From Campylobacterota bacterium (GTDB lineage Bacteria; Campylobacterota; Campylobacteria; Campylobacterales; Arcobacteraceae): a stretch of DNA of 50,347 nucleotides. The DNA lies in NCBI GenBank assembly GCA_051746405.1, contig JBNJFB010000013.1:1-50347 (forward strand). The letters run 5' to 3'. Position 1 is the first letter of the stretch. The number at the start of each line of letters is the position of its first letter. A program made the translations under genes and the position numbers. This document shows, piece after piece, positions 29,704-39,800 of the stretch. The notes under the pieces are model-generated. The model was not told where the DNA came from. It searched no databases and worked only from the letters and a program-made list of their open reading frames with translations.

Positions 29704-30564
29704 ATGGAAAAAATAATAGAAAAAATAAACAATTTTAATGAGCTAGTAGCTTTTAAGCACTCAATCTTTTCATTACCTTTTATTTTTATAGCAATGATAG
29801 TAGCAGCAAATGGATGGTTTGGGTTTAAATTGCTATTTTTAGGAGTTTTAGCAGCACTTACTGCAAGAAACTTTGCAATGGGATTTAATAGATATTTAGA
29901 TAGAGATATAGATGCACTAAACCCACGAACACAAAATAGACCAAATGTGGATGGAAGAGTATCTGCAAAAGCTATGATGATTTTTAATCTATCAAATGCA
30001 TTTGGATTTGTAGCTGTTGCTTACTTTGTAAATGATTTGGCATTTTACTTATCTATACCTATTTTGATAGTAATAGGCTCTTACTCATACTTTAAAAGGT
30101 TTTCCTTTTTAGCTCATATAATATTAGGTGTATCATTAGGGCTTGCACCTATTGCAGGTGTGGTTGCAGTTCAAGAGACAATACCACTATGGACAATTTT
30201 ACTAAGTATTGGAGTTATGTTTTGGGTTGCTGGATTTGATTTGCTTTATTCACTTCAAGATATGGAAATAGACAAAAAACTAAATCTACACTCAATACCA
30301 TCAACTTTTGGTGCAAAAAAAACAATGTACATATCAAGAGCGTTTCATAGTATGACTGTAGTTTTTTGGTTACTTTTTGTAATAGTATCTCAAAGCTCAT
30401 TTTTTGCTTACCTTGCAGTTGCAATAAGTGCTATTATGCTTAGTTATGAACACTATTTAGTAAATAAAGATTTCAAAAAAATTGATAGGGCATTTTTTAC
30501 AGTAAATGGATACTTAGGAATAGTTTTCTTTATTTTAATAGTATTGGATAATATTCTCTTTTAA
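29704..30564 (+). CDS. mqnP: UbiA-family prenyltransferase of the futalosine menaquinone pathway
   Basis: HSIFSLPF, ARNFAMGFNRYLDRDIDALNPRT, YSYFKRF, WVAGFDLLYSLQD, AFFTVNG. Confidence 0.88.
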   Translation: MEKIIEKINNFNELVAFKHSIFSLPFIFIAMIVAANGWFGFKLLFLGVLAALTARNFAMGFNRYLDRDIDALNPRTQNRPNVDGRVSAKAMMIFNLSNAFGFVAVAYFVNDLAFYLSIPILIVIGSYSYFKRFSFLAHIILGVSLGLAPIAGVVAVQETIPLWTILLSIGVMFWVAGFDLLYSLQDMEIDKKLNLHSIPSTFGAKKTMYISRAFHSMTVVFWLLFVIVSQSSFFAYLAVAISAIMLSYEHYLVNKDFKKIDRAFFTVNGYLGIVFFILIVLDNILF

Positions 30565-30595
30565 ATTAAAATTTTTAAAATATTAAGTTTTAATA

Positions 30596-30604
30596 TGATA
30601 AAAT
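30596..30604 (+). promoter_or_regulatory. Extended -10 of the tRNA gene
   Basis: TG-A-TAAAAT 19 nt upstream of the mature tRNA 5' end. Confidence 0.55.
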
Positions 30605-30623
30605 TTCAACTCTTAAAATAAGT

Positions 30624-30700
30624 GCGTCTGTGGCTCAACTGGATAGAGCGCCGGGTTTCGGCCCCGGGGGTTGTGGGTTCGAATCCTACCAGGCGTACCA
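30624..30700 (+). tRNA. tRNA-Arg (anticodon TCG)
   Basis: Acceptor GCGTCTG/CAGGCGT-A-CCA, D arm GCTC-AACTGGATA-GAGC, anticodon arm CCGGG-TTTCGGC-CCCGG, T arm GTGGG-TTCGAAT-CCTAC. Confidence 0.97.
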
Positions 30701-30743
30701 TTGTATAATCCTAATCAATCTAGCTTACTCTTGATTTTTTAGG

Positions 30744-31115
30744 TTACTTCCTCACTCTCATTTTTTTACTTTCAAACTCTTCAATACTTTGTGTAACACT
30801 TTGCTTTAATAAATTTTCTAACTCATTTATTCGCCCAAAACTTCTCATAACTTTTATAAAATTTAAAATCGATATTGTCCCTTTTTGTTCAAAGTTGGAG
30901 TAGGTGGTTGCTGAACTTAAATCTGCTTCAGTGCTAAACTCTTTTTGTTTTTTGTTTTGTGAAATTCTTAAATTTTTAGCACGAAGTGCCAATACTAAAG
31001 ATATCTCTTCATCTGTTAGAGTATTAAAATTACTATTTACATTGAGTTTTTGCTTTTTTGTTTTTTGTAGGTTTTTTGATGATTTTTGTAGTTTTTCTAA
31101 AAGATTATTACTCAT
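30744..31115 (-). CDS. XRE/HipB-like helix-turn-helix protein (putative antitoxin/autorepressor)
   Basis: RAKNLRISQNKKQKEFSTEADLSSATTYSNFEQKGTISILNFIKV fits an HTH_3 pattern; overlaps the hipA stop by 8 nt. Confidence 0.75.
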   Translation of the reverse strand: MSNNLLEKLQKSSKNLQKTKKQKLNVNSNFNTLTDEEISLVLALRAKNLRISQNKKQKEFSTEADLSSATTYSNFEQKGTISILNFIKVMRSFGRINELENLLKQSVTQSIEEFESKKMRVRK

Positions 31116-32367
31116 TTATTGCTCCTTGTAAATCTCTACTATTCACTTCATTTAAAAGGCGATTTTGTTTTGTATTTGGTATATTAAACTGCTTTAAAAG
31201 TTTTGGTAGTTCATTATCTCTTAAGTTTTTCATAGTTTCTAAGCCATTTGCTACAAACTCTAAATCTATAGAAAACTCTAAAGCCAGTTGTGTAATATCA
31301 TCTATTGTAATTTTTGAGAGTGCTTTCCCATAAAGAGATAGCTGGTGTTCCACTGTTTGTTTTTCCCCTTTTGAAAATGTGATGTCATAAGCAGGAGTTG
31401 CTTTGTATTGAAAGTCTTCATCACACATAAAAGAAAAATTTCTACTATGGTCATCTTGATTTACAAACATATAGTTAAATAACATTTGCAAGAAGAGTTG
31501 ATTTAAACTTTTTGTTGCATTGAGTTTAACAGCTGTTCTTAAAAGATCTTCATATCCTATGGTTCTTGGTATATTATAATCTATTTGCAACAATCCTGCT
31601 AGGGAGTGTACATGGTATCGTTTACCATTTGACTCTATATCAAATCTTTTGGTTACAAAATGGTGTTTTTTATCAGATTCTACTAAAAAGCACTCCATCA
31701 TCTCTATTCCAGATTTTTTTGCAAGAAGATAATAGATATATTCTATTTTTGAGTAGGTTGATCTATTTTCATCACCATGTGCTGTATCATCATATTTTAT
31801 AATGGCGTGGATAAATCCATCTTTTAAAGGCTTTGTTCTATCTCCTAAAAAAACCTCTTTTGTTTCAAGATTGATTCCACATACAGCTTTACTTCTAGCA
31901 CCCCCTATAAATGAGTGAGCTGATACTAAAAATGCACTGTGCAGTGAGTGATAGTCACCACCTTTTTGAAGCTCTTTTGCTTTTGTAAACATATCTTTGA
32001 GTTTAAGTGTCTCTTGCATATTGTTATCATATTGCTTAGATGGATGAAATGTTAATGCTCCTAATCCTTTATTGCCTATAAAAAGTAGTTTATCACTTAC
32101 TGTTGGGTATTTATTTTGATTTGTTAAAAAGAAATTTTGGAATATCTCATTACCAAAATTACCTGGTAGGGAATCACTAATAAATCCAGCTACTTTCTCT
32201 AAATAGTGAAGATGGGTGGTTTCTATCTCTTTTAGATCTTTGGACAAGGATATAGGACTTGCTTTGTAACATAAATCATCCACTTGTTGTAGATATACTC
32301 TATCCCCATCTTGAAACATATTTGCTATATGTTTGTTAAATAAGTAGATTGATATTTTTTGTTTCAT
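31108..32367 (-). CDS. hipA: HipA-family Ser/Thr kinase toxin
   Basis: FISDSLPGNFG (HipA_N), GLGALTF, Gly-loop GGARSK, IIKY, KRFD, catalytic NQDDHSRNFSF, TPAYD. Confidence 0.88.
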   Translation of the reverse strand: MKQKISIYLFNKHIANMFQDGDRVYLQQVDDLCYKASPISLSKDLKEIETTHLHYLEKVAGFISDSLPGNFGNEIFQNFFLTNQNKYPTVSDKLLFIGNKGLGALTFHPSKQYDNNMQETLKLKDMFTKAKELQKGGDYHSLHSAFLVSAHSFIGGARSKAVCGINLETKEVFLGDRTKPLKDGFIHAIIKYDDTAHGDENRSTYSKIEYIYYLLAKKSGIEMMECFLVESDKKHHFVTKRFDIESNGKRYHVHSLAGLLQIDYNIPRTIGYEDLLRTAVKLNATKSLNQLFLQMLFNYMFVNQDDHSRNFSFMCDEDFQYKATPAYDITFSKGEKQTVEHQLSLYGKALSKITIDDITQLALEFSIDLEFVANGLETMKNLRDNELPKLLKQFNIPNTKQNRLLNEVNSRDLQGAINE

Positions 32368-32377
32368 TTTAATCCTT

Positions 32378-32436
32378 ATTCATATATATTTGTAATTATA
32401 CCATAATATTGTAGACAAATACAAATATATATGAAT
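32378..32436 (-). promoter_or_regulatory. hipA promoter: perfect 17-bp inverted repeat flanking an extended -10
   Basis: ATTCATATATATTTGTA (32378-32394) and TACAAATATATATGAAT (32420-32436), 25-nt spacer containing minus-strand TGGTATAAT (32395-32403). Confidence 0.8.
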
Positions 32437-32535
32437 TAGTAAAGTTAAAACTCAAGATGAAGCAGTAGATTTTGTTTTAGGTGTTTGACTCTAAATCTTC
32501 TATCTCAAACTTTATCTTGAAACACTGAAATATTT

Positions 32536-33201
32536 TTATCTAATATATTTAAAAATCTTACCTTTATATGGTTCATCTAAGTAGTGTGTGTCAGGTATAT
32601 GTGCTGAACTAGTAAAACCGTAGGTTTCCATGATTTTACCAAATTTTGATTGCATTTTTCTTCCTGGGTCTACTATAATTACTTCACATTTATCTTTTGC
32701 ATGGGAGTTAATAAACTTTGATAAAAGTGTTATATGGTTACTTTCATATAGAAGGTCACTTCCTATTATTAAATCAAATTTTCCCAACTGTTTATTATAA
32801 TCATCTTCCCATGATGTTCTTACAAAAGGTATTTCACTGTCATTATTTAACTTTGTATTCTCTAAAAGGTATGCTTGTACCTCTGGGTGATAGTCAGTTG
32901 CTGTGATATTTGCTTTTTTATGATTTAGAAGTAGGCTTGATAGTCCTATTCCACAACCAACTTCAAGTATCTTTTTATCTTTGATATCATAATCATACAT
33001 TAGATTTGCTAGTACTTCACTTGAGGGCCATATTACACCAAAAAGTGGCCATGTGGCACTTGAAATACCTAGTTTTTTTGCTATATCATCTTTATCAAAA
33101 AATTGTTGTTTATCTCTTAGAGTACGAATATGAATATCTGTTGTTAATCCAAACTCTTTTGTTTGGTATTTAAATCTTATATTTGACAATTCATTTGCCA
33201 T
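32536..33201 (-). CDS. Class I SAM methyltransferase, METTL21/Methyltransf_16-like
   Basis: IWPSSEVLA, ILEVGCGIGL, TDYH, DLIIGSDLLY. Confidence 0.85.
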   Translation of the reverse strand: MANELSNIRFKYQTKEFGLTTDIHIRTLRDKQQFFDKDDIAKKLGISSATWPLFGVIWPSSEVLANLMYDYDIKDKKILEVGCGIGLSSLLLNHKKANITATDYHPEVQAYLLENTKLNNDSEIPFVRTSWEDDYNKQLGKFDLIIGSDLLYESNHITLLSKFINSHAKDKCEVIIVDPGRKMQSKFGKIMETYGFTSSAHIPDTHYLDEPYKGKIFKYIR

Positions 33202-33233
33202 TTTTTTCCTTGTTTTATTTTAGTAAACTATTT

Positions 33234-33866
33234 CTAAGACCAAAGTTTTAATTTTGGTAGATAAGATACTGCTTTTATTATATCTGTTTTTGATACTATT
33301 CCTACTAAAATATCATTGTCATTTACAACAGGCATTGCATCAAGTTTAAAATCAAGCATAACTTTTGATACTCTTCTTATATCAGATATTGGATCTGCTG
33401 TTATTGTCTCTGGTAAAAAAATATCTTTAATTTGTCTTTGCATAATTAATTTTGCATTATCAATATCTTCAAGTATTAAGTTTAAAATTATCTTTTTGCT
33501 GATAAGTCCAGAGATTTTTTTTCCACTGGTTACTGTGGGTATATTACTTACTTTTTTATCTTTTAAAACCTCATACGCTTCTTGTAAAGTTGCATCATTG
33601 TAGATATAAAAGCTATCTGTTGTCATAATATCTTCAACATGATAAACCTCTTCTTGATTATTTAATTTTGCTATTTTTTTATATATACCCACAGCTTCTT
33701 GTTTATTTGTAGGGTTCTTTTTTCTTTTTTGAGTAAAATCTTCAATAGCTGTATCATCATCAGGTTTCATTCTAGGTGCACCTGGAGCTTCTGTAGTTTT
33801 TAATTCATATAGATTATCAGCAGTACTTCTAAATCCTACACTTCCATTATTGTAAACAGCAAACAT
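33234..33866 (-). CDS. CBS-pair domain protein with N-terminal extension
   Basis: VEDIMT...IPTV..ISGLIS and MPVVNDNDILVGIVSKTDI. Confidence 0.85.
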   Translation of the reverse strand: MFAVYNNGSVGFRSTADNLYELKTTEAPGAPRMKPDDDTAIEDFTQKRKKNPTNKQEAVGIYKKIAKLNNQEEVYHVEDIMTTDSFYIYNDATLQEAYEVLKDKKVSNIPTVTSGKKISGLISKKIILNLILEDIDNAKLIMQRQIKDIFLPETITADPISDIRRVSKVMLDFKLDAMPVVNDNDILVGIVSKTDIIKAVSYLPKLKLWS

Positions 33867-34008
33867 AGCAAATCCTTTTGTTTTATTAATTTTAGTGTAG
33901 TTTTACTAATAATTAGTTAACTAAGAGATAAAAAATAGTAGTTTAAAGTAGTTATAGTATAATAATAACTTATAGATTATAAATATATTATATATTAGTG
34001 AGTAGAGT

Positions 34009-36789
34009 ATGCATAAATTATTAGAAGAACAAATAAACAAGTTTTTTGGAAGCTATAAAGAGCTTGAGCAATTAAGCCCTTATATAAAAGAGTTTTTAAA
34101 TAATATCTCTAACTCTTATGAAAAATTTGAAAAAAAAGAGCAAGAAAATAGAAATGCTATAAATATATTACAACAATATAAGGATGCTATTGATAAATCT
34201 TTGATTGTAAGTAGAACAGATGGATATGGAAAAATCATATATGCAAATACTCTTTTTTGTAAGATAAGTGGTTACTCAAATAGTGAACTTATAGGAAATA
34301 CCCATAGACTAATAAAAAGTAAATATAACGATGAAAAAGTATATAAAGATTTATGGGAGACAATTACAAACAAAAAAATATGGTATGGAAAGTTAGCGAA
34401 TAAAAAGAAAACAGGTGAGATTTACTATGTGAACTCTACTATAATCCCTCTTTTTAATTTACAAGGGGATATTCAAGAGTTTATAGCATTAAGAGAAGAG
34501 ATAACAAAAGAGTACCTTTTTCAACAAAGACTCAAAGAGAAAACTGAGCGATTAAATACAATTTTTGATTCCCAAGAGAATATTACAATAATAATAAAGC
34601 CACAAGAAGGTGTGGTAGATGTAAATAAAAAGTTTTTAGAGACATTTGAGTTTGAAAATTTAAATGAGTTTAGACAAAAGTTAGGTTGTGTTTGTAAGCT
34701 GTTTAATGAAGAGCAGATACTAAAAGATTATGAAAATGGTGATATAAAATGGTATGAGAGGTTTTTGAACGAAAGTAGTAATAAAAACAGAAATATATCC
34801 AGAAAGAACTCAAAAGGTATCAATGAGATTTATAGAGTCTCTTGCAAGAGAATTTTTTTTAATAAGCAAGAGCACTTTTTAATCACTTTTATTGATATAA
34901 CACAACTAGAACAAGCAAGGCAAAGTGCAGAGATGGCAAAAGAGGCTAAGTCTACTTTTCTTGCGAATATGTCCCATGAAATAAGAACTCCTCTAAATGC
35001 AATTATTGGTTTTTCTGATATATTAAAAATTAGAAAGCTTGGCTATGAAGAGAAAAACTACGCAAACATAATATCAAAAAGTGCTGAGTCCCTACTTGAT
35101 ATTATAAATGATGTACTTGATATCTCAAAAATTGAAAGTGGTAAGTTAGATGTGGAAGAGGAGCCTTTTGCTTTAGGTATATTTATTGATAATATTGTTG
35201 AACTATTCTCTATAAAAGCCCATGAAAAAGATATTAGATTTATGTATGACTCAGACCCATCTTTGCCATATAGTGTGATTAGTGACTCAACTAGAATAAG
35301 ACAAGTTTTATCAAACCTATTAAGTAATGCAATTAAATTTACAAATGAAAAGGGACAAGTAAAACTAAAAATAAAACTTTTAGAAAAAAAATCCCATGAA
35401 GTAAAAGTAAAGTTTGAAGTATCAGATAGTGGTATTGGTATTTCAGAAAATGAACAGAAAAATATTTTTACACCTTTTGTTCAAGCAGATAGTGGTATAA
35501 GTAGAAACTATGGTGGTACGGGATTAGGATTATCTATTTGTAAAGATATATTAGGTTTACTAAACTCAACTATTGATGTTAAATCAAACAAAGGTCAAGG
35601 AAGTACTTTTAGTTTTGTTGTTGATTTAAAAGTTGATAAGTTTATTGATAATAGGAATCATCATTTTAAAGAGACAAATTTTGGTATAACAAAAATAGAC
35701 AAAGATGAAGAGAGTTTGCACTCAAGTGTTGTTAATTATCTTTCAAAAATCGGAAAGGTTTATGAGTTTGATAAAAATGCAAAGTTTAATCATATTGATA
35801 TTCTTTTTTGTTTTTACACTAAAGATATTGGAAATATAATAGATAACTTTATTAGATATAATAGTAGCTCAAAGATAGTTTACGTGGGACCAAAAGCCCA
35901 GATTGAGGTACTGGGTATTGAAAAAAGAGTAACAAATCATATTGATTTACCTATTTATGGTTCAAAGATATTTGATATCATTTCTGATAATAATACCAAA
36001 GCTTTAGAGTTAGAATCATATGAAAAAAAGAGAGATATAGAGTTTGAAAAGAGTATTTTGGTTGCAGAGGATAATATAAATAATCAAAAACTAATAGAAG
36101 TACTTTTAGAGCAGTTAGAGATTAATTGTACTATTGCAAATGATGGGATTGAAGCTATAAATTACTATGACAAGAATGTATATGATTTAATACTTATGGA
36201 TATAAATATGCCAAGACTTGATGGTGTAGGGGCTACGCAAGAGATTTTAAGAAAGCAAAAGCAAGAGGGTAGCTACAAAGTACCTATTGTAGCTTTAACC
36301 GCAAATAGCCTAAAAGGTGATAAAGAGAAATATATATTAGCAGGGATGGATGACTATATATCAAAGCCAATAGTTTTTGAGAAGTTAAAAGATGTAATAA
36401 ATAAGTTTACAAGTAAGGCTGTTAAAAAAGCATCAAAACAGTATGAAAAAAAAGAAAAAAGTAATAAAATAAAAAAATCAGAAATAACATTTAAAAAAGA
36501 GGATGTTGTAAATCAATTAGGTATAAGCACATCAGTTGTAAATATGCTTTTAGCAAACTATTTTGAAAGTTTTGATGATGATATAAAAAAACTAGAAGAG
36601 TCTGTCTTAAACAAAGATTATGATGCTGTTTCAAAGCAAGCACACTACATAAAAGGCAGCTCTTTAAATTTAGCGTTAAATGATGTGGCAAATATCTTAG
36701 AAGATATTGAAAAAAAACCAAAAAGTTGTACAAAATCTCATATAGAAACTATAAGAGATATGGTAGAATTTATTAAGAAAAACTGTTAA
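34009..36789 (+). CDS. Soluble hybrid histidine kinase: PAS-PAS-HisKA-HATPase-(pseudo-REC)-REC-Hpt
   Basis: PAS YANTLFCKISGYSNSELIG..H, FLANMSHEIRTPLN, NLLSNAIKFT, DSGIGI, GGTGLGL, REC AEDN/LMDINMP/SKP, Hpt AHYIKGSS. Confidence 0.93.
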   Translation: MHKLLEEQINKFFGSYKELEQLSPYIKEFLNNISNSYEKFEKKEQENRNAINILQQYKDAIDKSLIVSRTDGYGKIIYANTLFCKISGYSNSELIGNTHRLIKSKYNDEKVYKDLWETITNKKIWYGKLANKKKTGEIYYVNSTIIPLFNLQGDIQEFIALREEITKEYLFQQRLKEKTERLNTIFDSQENITIIIKPQEGVVDVNKKFLETFEFENLNEFRQKLGCVCKLFNEEQILKDYENGDIKWYERFLNESSNKNRNISRKNSKGINEIYRVSCKRIFFNKQEHFLITFIDITQLEQARQSAEMAKEAKSTFLANMSHEIRTPLNAIIGFSDILKIRKLGYEEKNYANIISKSAESLLDIINDVLDISKIESGKLDVEEEPFALGIFIDNIVELFSIKAHEKDIRFMYDSDPSLPYSVISDSTRIRQVLSNLLSNAIKFTNEKGQVKLKIKLLEKKSHEVKVKFEVSDSGIGISENEQKNIFTPFVQADSGISRNYGGTGLGLSICKDILGLLNSTIDVKSNKGQGSTFSFVVDLKVDKFIDNRNHHFKETNFGITKIDKDEESLHSSVVNYLSKIGKVYEFDKNAKFNHIDILFCFYTKDIGNIIDNFIRYNSSSKIVYVGPKAQIEVLGIEKRVTNHIDLPIYGSKIFDIISDNNTKALELESYEKKRDIEFEKSILVAEDNINNQKLIEVLLEQLEINCTIANDGIEAINYYDKNVYDLILMDINMPRLDGVGATQEILRKQKQEGSYKVPIVALTANSLKGDKEKYILAGMDDYISKPIVFEKLKDVINKFTSKAVKKASKQYEKKEKSNKIKKSEITFKKEDVVNQLGISTSVVNMLLANYFESFDDDIKKLEESVLNKDYDAVSKQAHYIKGSSLNLALNDVANILEDIEKKPKSCTKSHIETIRDMVEFIKKNC

Positions 36790-36802
36790 AAGTAGGTTAC
36801 AA

Positions 36803-39800
36803 ATGGCTAAAAACAATGAATTAGTAGTTGTGGGAATTGGTGCTAGTGCAGGGGGACTTGAAGCTTTACAGGTGATGCTTTCAGACCTTGCAGATATAAA
36901 AAACTGTTCATATATAATAGCACAGCATTTAAGCCCAACACACAAAAGTATGATGGTTGATTTGCTATCAAGAACAGCTAATATTCCAGTTTGTGAAGCA
37001 AAAAATGGAATGATTATAAAACCAAAAACAATATATATGACACCTGAAAATACAGATATATATGTTAAAGCTGGAAAGATATTTCTAAGAAACATGGAGC
37101 AATCTTTTGGTCCTAAACCCTCTGTAAACTACTTTTTTAATTCATTGGCTACAAGTTTTGGTAAAAGAGCAATAGGTGTTATTTTATCAGGTACGGGAAG
37201 TGATGGTTCATTTGGAATTAGAACTATAAAAGCAGAAGGTGGTATAACAATAGCACAAGCCCCAAACACATCTAAATATGATGGAATGCCTCACAGTGCA
37301 ATAAATACAGGAAAAGTTGATTTAGTTATACCAATTGATAATTTAAGTAATGAAATAGAAAGAATTGTAAAAACAATTGATTCAAATTTTGATATTATCT
37401 CAAATGAGAGGCTACTTCAGCAAATATTTAGAACTATATTTGATGAAAAAGGTGTTGATTTTTCACTCTATAAAAAAAGTACAGTTATAAGAAGAATAGA
37501 GCGAAGATTAGCTGCTTTAAAAATAGAGAGTTTATCAGAGTATATAAATATATTAAACTCTTCTAAAGATGAGATTAATAACTTATATCATGATATTTTA
37601 ATTGGGGTTACAAACTTCTTTAGAGATGCAAAAGCTTTTGAAAACTTAAAGGATTATATTCAACTAATTCTTTCTAAAAAAGAGCAAGGTGAAGAGATAA
37701 GATTTTGGTCTATTGGTTGCTCAACTGGTGAGGAGGCATACTCTATTGCTATTATTTTATCTGAGGCTTTACAGGATAAAATAAGTAGATACAAAATAAA
37801 AATATTTGCTACAGATATTGATGAGGAGTCTTTAAAAATTGCAAGAACAGGTGTATATTCTGAAGCATCACTTGAGGGTGTAAGTAAAGGTATTATTCAG
37901 AAGTACTTTAGTGTTCAAAAAAACAACTTTGAGGTAAAAAAATCAATAAGGGAATTAGTGGTATTTTCAAAGCATAATATTATCTCTGATTCACCTTTTT
38001 TAAGACTTGATTTAATCTGTTGTAGAAATATGCTTATTTATTTTGATAATGAGCTTCAAAAAAGATTTTTTCCTATTGTTCACTACTCTTTAAATGATAA
38101 TGGATACTTGTTTTTAGGTAAATCTGAGTCAATAGGTCAGCATGTGGATCTTTTCAGTGTTGTTGATAATAGCTCCAAAATCTTTAAAGCACAGTTTACA
38201 GGTGTAAAAGAGCCACCAAGACTTTATAACTATTCAGGAATTCATAAAAGTTATGAAGAGCCAAAAGTAAAAGATTATAGAAATGAAGAGGAGCTTCTAG
38301 AAGAGAGAGTTAATGAAGCTATTTCTGAGACTATATTAGATAAGTGTGTAGTAATAAACTCTTCTAACGATGTTATTTATATAAAAGGTGATATACCATA
38401 TATAAAGTTTAATCAAGGTCGAATGACAAACAATATTTTTAAATTAATTAGTGATACTTTATCCCTAGATTTAAGAAGTAGTATAAATGAAGCAAATAAG
38501 AAAAAGAAGATTCAATATACCCCTTTTAGGTCAGTTAATGTATTTGAAGATATTATAAAGTATGTAAGAGTTATTGTTGTACCTCTAAAAGATGATAAGA
38601 GTGATGATTGGATGAATATTCTATTCTTCCAAGGAGAAGAGGCTGTAAATATAAAAGGTCATGTGGTATCAGGTGAAGATGAAAGTGATGTAGTTGAGAA
38701 GTTAACTTTAGAACTTGATAGTACAAAGTCACACCTACAAAATGTAATTGAAGAGTTAGAAACATCTTATGAGGAGATGCAAAGCTTAAACGAAGAGTTA
38801 CAAAGCTCAAATGAAGAGTTGCAAAGCTCAAATGAGGAGCTAGAAACAACAAATGAAGAGTTACAAAGTACAAATGAAGAGCTACAAACAGCATACTCAG
38901 AACTAAGAGTTTTATATGAAGATAAAGAAAAAAGAGCTAAACAGTTAGAAGAGTTAACGGATAAGTTAAGTGCTAAAAATGAAGAGTATAGAAAACAAAA
39001 AGAGTTAACTGAGACTATTATTGATACAGCTACAATTGCAATTTTGATGGTTGATACAAATGGTGTGATTACATTTGCAAATAATCAAGCACAACTTCTA
39101 TTTTCTCTATCTAAAAAAGAGTTAATAGGTAGAAATTACGATACAAAAGATTGGGTAATTAGAAACTTTGATGGTAGTAGCTTTGATGAAAATAAGCTGC
39201 CTTTTTCAGTTATAAAAAGAACATATGAAGCTGTAAGTGATATAAAACATGTGATTCAAATGAGTTATAATAAGCTTTACTTATCAGTAAGTGGTGCTCC
39301 ACTATTTGATGTGGAGGGGAAGTTTCAAGGTGCGGTATTAAGCTTAGAAAACCTTACAGCAAATGAGGTTTTAAGAAGTGATTTAGAACACTATGAAAAT
39401 AGAATGGTTAATAATAAGACAAATCTTAATATAGCTAATGAAGACTTTGATATGCTTTCATTGGCTTTAGTTGATATTACTACAGATATTAGAAATTCAT
39501 TGAATGAGTTAGTTTTAGTAAGCAATGACTTAAGAGGTGACGTAAAAAACAGAAGTAAATTAGAGGCGTTTGATACTAGAATAGGTTTTGTATCAACACT
39601 ACTTGATGAAAAACTTGATTTTTATTTAAGTAAACTAAAGTTTAAAAGAACATTAATAGGTTTAGAAATTATTTCAATGATAAGTCTATTAAAACCTGTT
39701 TTTGAAAATAACTCAATAGAAATAGATAATAGAATTGATGAGAGTATTGATTTTAAGATTTCAGTAAAAACAGCTAGAAAAACTTTTTATATGCTATTTG

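Noticed and set aside
30701..33866. Integrative element or prophage at tRNA-Arg
   Set aside because: No integrase, transposase or phage genes, and no second copy of the tRNA 3' end was seen
36491..37095. Short antisense or nested ORFs in the track (e.g. 36491-36733, 36697-37095, 46351-46794, 17415-17780)
   Set aside because: They overlap well-supported genes and have no recognisable motifs
38768..38893. 21-bp tandem repeats and the antisense ORF 38571-38894 as a possible CRISPR or VNTR
   Set aside because: No spacers and no cas genes; the units are in-frame heptads typical of CheB-CheR fusions
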